From positions 1 to 29,796 of the forward strand of contig JANLPS010000297.1 of the NCBI GenBank assembly GCA_031367385.1: 29,796 nt of DNA, given 5' to 3'. This document shows positions 27,429 to 29,796 of this stretch, piece after piece (the stretch's first letter is position 1; the number at the start of each line of letters is the position of its first letter). A program made the position numbers and the translations under genes. This DNA comes from Archangium sp. Its GTDB lineage: Bacteria; Myxococcota; Myxococcia; Myxococcales; Myxococcaceae. The notes beneath the pieces are model-generated. The model ran no database searches. It saw only the letters and a list, made by a program, of their open reading frames with translations, and had not been told where the DNA came from.

Positions 27429-29185
27429 TGGACGTCTTCCTCGCCAATGCCCGCGTTCACCTCGACGACTCCGACCTTCTCGGCGAAGGCGGCGAAGCGC
27501 GCGTGTACCGCTACAAAGACCTCGCGTTGAAGGTGTTTCATGCGGTCACCCCTGGCACCCCTGAGGCCACGGTTCGCGCGCAAAAGCTGAAGAAGCTCAA
27601 CGCGTTTCCCGGAGGGTTGCCGCTCGAGGTGGTCGCGCCGACGGGGCCGTTGACCGACGCCAAGAGCCGGGTCGTCGGCTACGCGATGAAAGCAGTCACA
27701 GGTGAAGACGTCGGCCGGCTCGGCTCTCGCAAGCGACGCGCGAGCAACCTCGAGGTCACCGAGCTGTTTTGCAACTTGCAGCGCGTGGTCAGCCAGCTGC
27801 ACGCGAGCAAGGTCATCATCGGCGACTTCAATGACGGCAATGTGCTCTTCACTCGCACCACGCCGTACCTCATCGATGCCGATTCAATGCAGTTCGCCGG
27901 CATTCCATGCGCGGTCGGCCACGAGAAATTTCTCGACCCGGCGCTCTATGGAGTCGACCTCGCTGCCGCCCCGCGCTTCACCGAGGGGAGCGACTGGTAC
28001 GCCTGGGCGGTGATGCTGTTCTCGAGCCTGATGTACGTGCACCCGTTCGGTGGCACCCACGCGAAGCTCGGCACGCTCCTGCGCCGGGCCGAAGCGCGCC
28101 ACTCGGTGCTCAAGCCCGATGTCACCTGGCCCCGGCTCGCCGCTTCGCGGAGCTGCCTGCCCGACGACGCGCTGCACTGGTTCTCATCGGTCTTCGATCG
28201 CGACGAGCGCAGCGTGCCACCGCCAGCGATGACCTCTCTGCGCTGGTCGAAGTGCAAGTGCGGCACCGAGCATGCGCGTGCGGTGTGCCCTGAATGTCAC
28301 GCCCTCGGAGCGCCGATCGTCAGGCAGGTCTTGCGCGCCAAAGGCCGATGCGTCGCGCGCACCGCATTTCAAACCGGCGGTCGAATTCTCGCGGCCGCGA
28401 TGCAGGGTGGCCTGCGCTACGTGTACGAAGAGAACGGCGTCGTACGCAGAGAAGACGGCAGCCACGTGGGCTCGGCGAACGCGACGGGCCACTATCTGCT
28501 CTCGGGTGCCACGACCTGGGCGCTGAGCGCCGGCGGCGATGTCGAGCGGGTGGTGAATGGCAAGGTGACCGAGCGCCTGCACACCGGCGTGCGCGCAGGC
28601 ACCGCCGTCTTTGGAGCCTCGACGAGCTCGAGCTATCGGCAGGAGCACGAGTGGTTGATCGAGGTGAACTCCGGCTCGCGCGTCGGTCAAGTGCTCGAAG
28701 GCCAGACTTGGCTCTGGTCGGGCGAGCGCTTGTCTCTGGGGTTCTACCGGGCGGGCGGGTTCACCCACGCTTTCTTGATTCGCGCGGGGAGGGCAGGGCT
28801 GGTGCAGCTGGCCGCTCCAGCATGGGCCGGCCGTATCGTCGAGGCCAACGCGGTGTTCGACGCACACCACGCGCTGCTTTCGGTCGTGACCGATGCCGAT
28901 GGCAAAGAGACCGTGCATCGCACCTTGTATTCAGACGGCGGCGCTCTGCTCGCGCGCGGCACCGGTGGCCCAAAAGGCAACGCGGCATTGATGAACGGCA
29001 AAGTCGTGCTCGCCACCGATGGGGGCCTGGTGCTGCTCAAGGTCGATTCAGGTGTGTTTCTCGAGTCGGTTCATTTCGCCGACACCCAGCCCTTCGTCAG
29101 CGCGGGAGACGAACTGCTGCCTCAGCCCGACGGCTCGTTGCTGGTCGTCGGGCCCCGCGACATCACCCAGCTCACTCTCACGTAA
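27428..29185 (+). CDS. Atypical Ser/Thr kinase (YegI/TerY-P-like) with Zn-ribbon-like motif and beta-rich C-terminal domain
   Basis: GEGGEARVY, ALKVF, IIGDFNDGNVL, LIDADSMQ, SDWYA and HPF; CKC...H...CPEC. ATG 27428 overlaps the PP2C stop (TGATG). Confidence 0.88.
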   Translation: MDVFLANARVHLDDSDLLGEGGEARVYRYKDLALKVFHAVTPGTPEATVRAQKLKKLNAFPGGLPLEVVAPTGPLTDAKSRVVGYAMKAVTGEDVGRLGSRKRRASNLEVTELFCNLQRVVSQLHASKVIIGDFNDGNVLFTRTTPYLIDADSMQFAGIPCAVGHEKFLDPALYGVDLAAAPRFTEGSDWYAWAVMLFSSLMYVHPFGGTHAKLGTLLRRAEARHSVLKPDVTWPRLAASRSCLPDDALHWFSSVFDRDERSVPPPAMTSLRWSKCKCGTEHARAVCPECHALGAPIVRQVLRAKGRCVARTAFQTGGRILAAAMQGGLRYVYEENGVVRREDGSHVGSANATGHYLLSGATTWALSAGGDVERVVNGKVTERLHTGVRAGTAVFGASTSSSYRQEHEWLIEVNSGSRVGQVLEGQTWLWSGERLSLGFYRAGGFTHAFLIRAGRAGLVQLAAPAWAGRIVEANAVFDAHHALLSVVTDADGKETVHRTLYSDGGALLARGTGGPKGNAALMNGKVVLATDGGLVLLKVDSGVFLESVHFADTQPFVSAGDELLPQPDGSLLVVGPRDITQLTLT

Positions 29186-29197
29186 AGGAGGTTCACC

Positions 29198-29796
29198 ATG
29201 TCGTTGCCGTTACCGTCGTTTTACGAGCCGAAACAAGTGCCTGCGCTGTACCTGGAGCGCGCGGGGTTGGTCGCCGATGCCGGCGAGGCTTTCGCCAAGC
29301 ATCACGGCATCAAGCCCGCGGGCGCAGACAAGTTCAAGATCGCCGCTTTCGGCATCGATGTGCAGGTGGGCTTCTGCACGCCTGGCGCGAGCCTCTTCGT
29401 GCCCGGCGCGGTGGAGGACACGCAGCGCACCATCGAGTGGCTGTACCGAAACCTGGGTGAGATCAGCGGGCTGTTCTTCTCACTCGACACCCATCGCATG
29501 TTTCAAATCTTTCACCCCTCGTGGTGGGTCGACGCGAAGGGCAATCACCCGGCTCCGATGACGCCGATTTTTCACGAAGAAGTGCGCTCAGGAAAATGGA
29601 CGGCGGTCACCCACCCGAAGGAGAGCCTCGAATACGTGAAGAAGCTCGAGACCACCGGCAAGTACGTGCTCACGGTGTGGCCGTACCACACGCTGCTCGG
29701 CGGCCTTTCTCACGCGTTGGTGCCAGCGATGATGGAGGCGTCGCTCTTTCACGCCGCCGCGCGCAAGCACCAGACGCACTTCGAGACCAAGGGCAC
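29198..29796 (+). CDS. pncA: Nicotinamidase / isochorismatase-like cysteine hydrolase, 3'-truncated
   Basis: Not in the ORF track because it runs off the edge. AAGGAGG RBS and ATG 29198. Hand translation gives MSLPLPSFY...GIDVQVGFC...SLFVPGA...SLDTH...IFH...WPYH...ETKG. Confidence 0.85.
   Translation, partial: MSLPLPSFYEPKQVPALYLERAGLVADAGEAFAKHHGIKPAGADKFKIAAFGIDVQVGFCTPGASLFVPGAVEDTQRTIEWLYRNLGEISGLFFSLDTHRMFQIFHPSWWVDAKGNHPAPMTPIFHEEVRSGKWTAVTHPKESLEYVKKLETTGKYVLTVWPYHTLLGGLSHALVPAMMEASLFHAAARKHQTHFETKG

Overview
GC-rich, gene-dense bacterial DNA with a myxobacterial (Myxococcota-like) gene repertoire, inferred from Cys-rich lipoproteins, PEGA/TPR proteins and Ser/Thr kinases. From left to right: a partial hypothetical gene; a fused moaD-moaE gene; a large Cys-rich lipoprotein; a TetR gene divergent from a carotenoid-oxygenase-family gene, with a perfect palindromic operator between them; a tandem-domain M50-like membrane protein with an in-frame TGA near its 5' end; a frameshifted pseudogene; glpD; a Nudix hydrolase; a lipoprotein; a REP-like hairpin; an interrupted lptC-lptA-lptB-rpoN-(receiver)-(J-like/PilZ-like)-hpf-[inverted GH3 nagZ]-ptsN locus; and an ECF sigma/TPR-PEGA/Cys-rich lipoprotein/FHA-kinase/LRR module. 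The most interesting part is the tightly coupled operon at the right end (24.3 kb onward). It lies behind an NrtR-like palindrome and joins NAD salvage genes (pncB-like, pncA-like) to a TerY-P/YegK-YegI-type phosphatase-kinase pair, with an ORF made of 111-bp (37-aa) tandem repeats embedded in it. No rRNA, tRNA, CRISPR array or transposase was recognised. All family assignments come from motif recognition by eye, not database searches.
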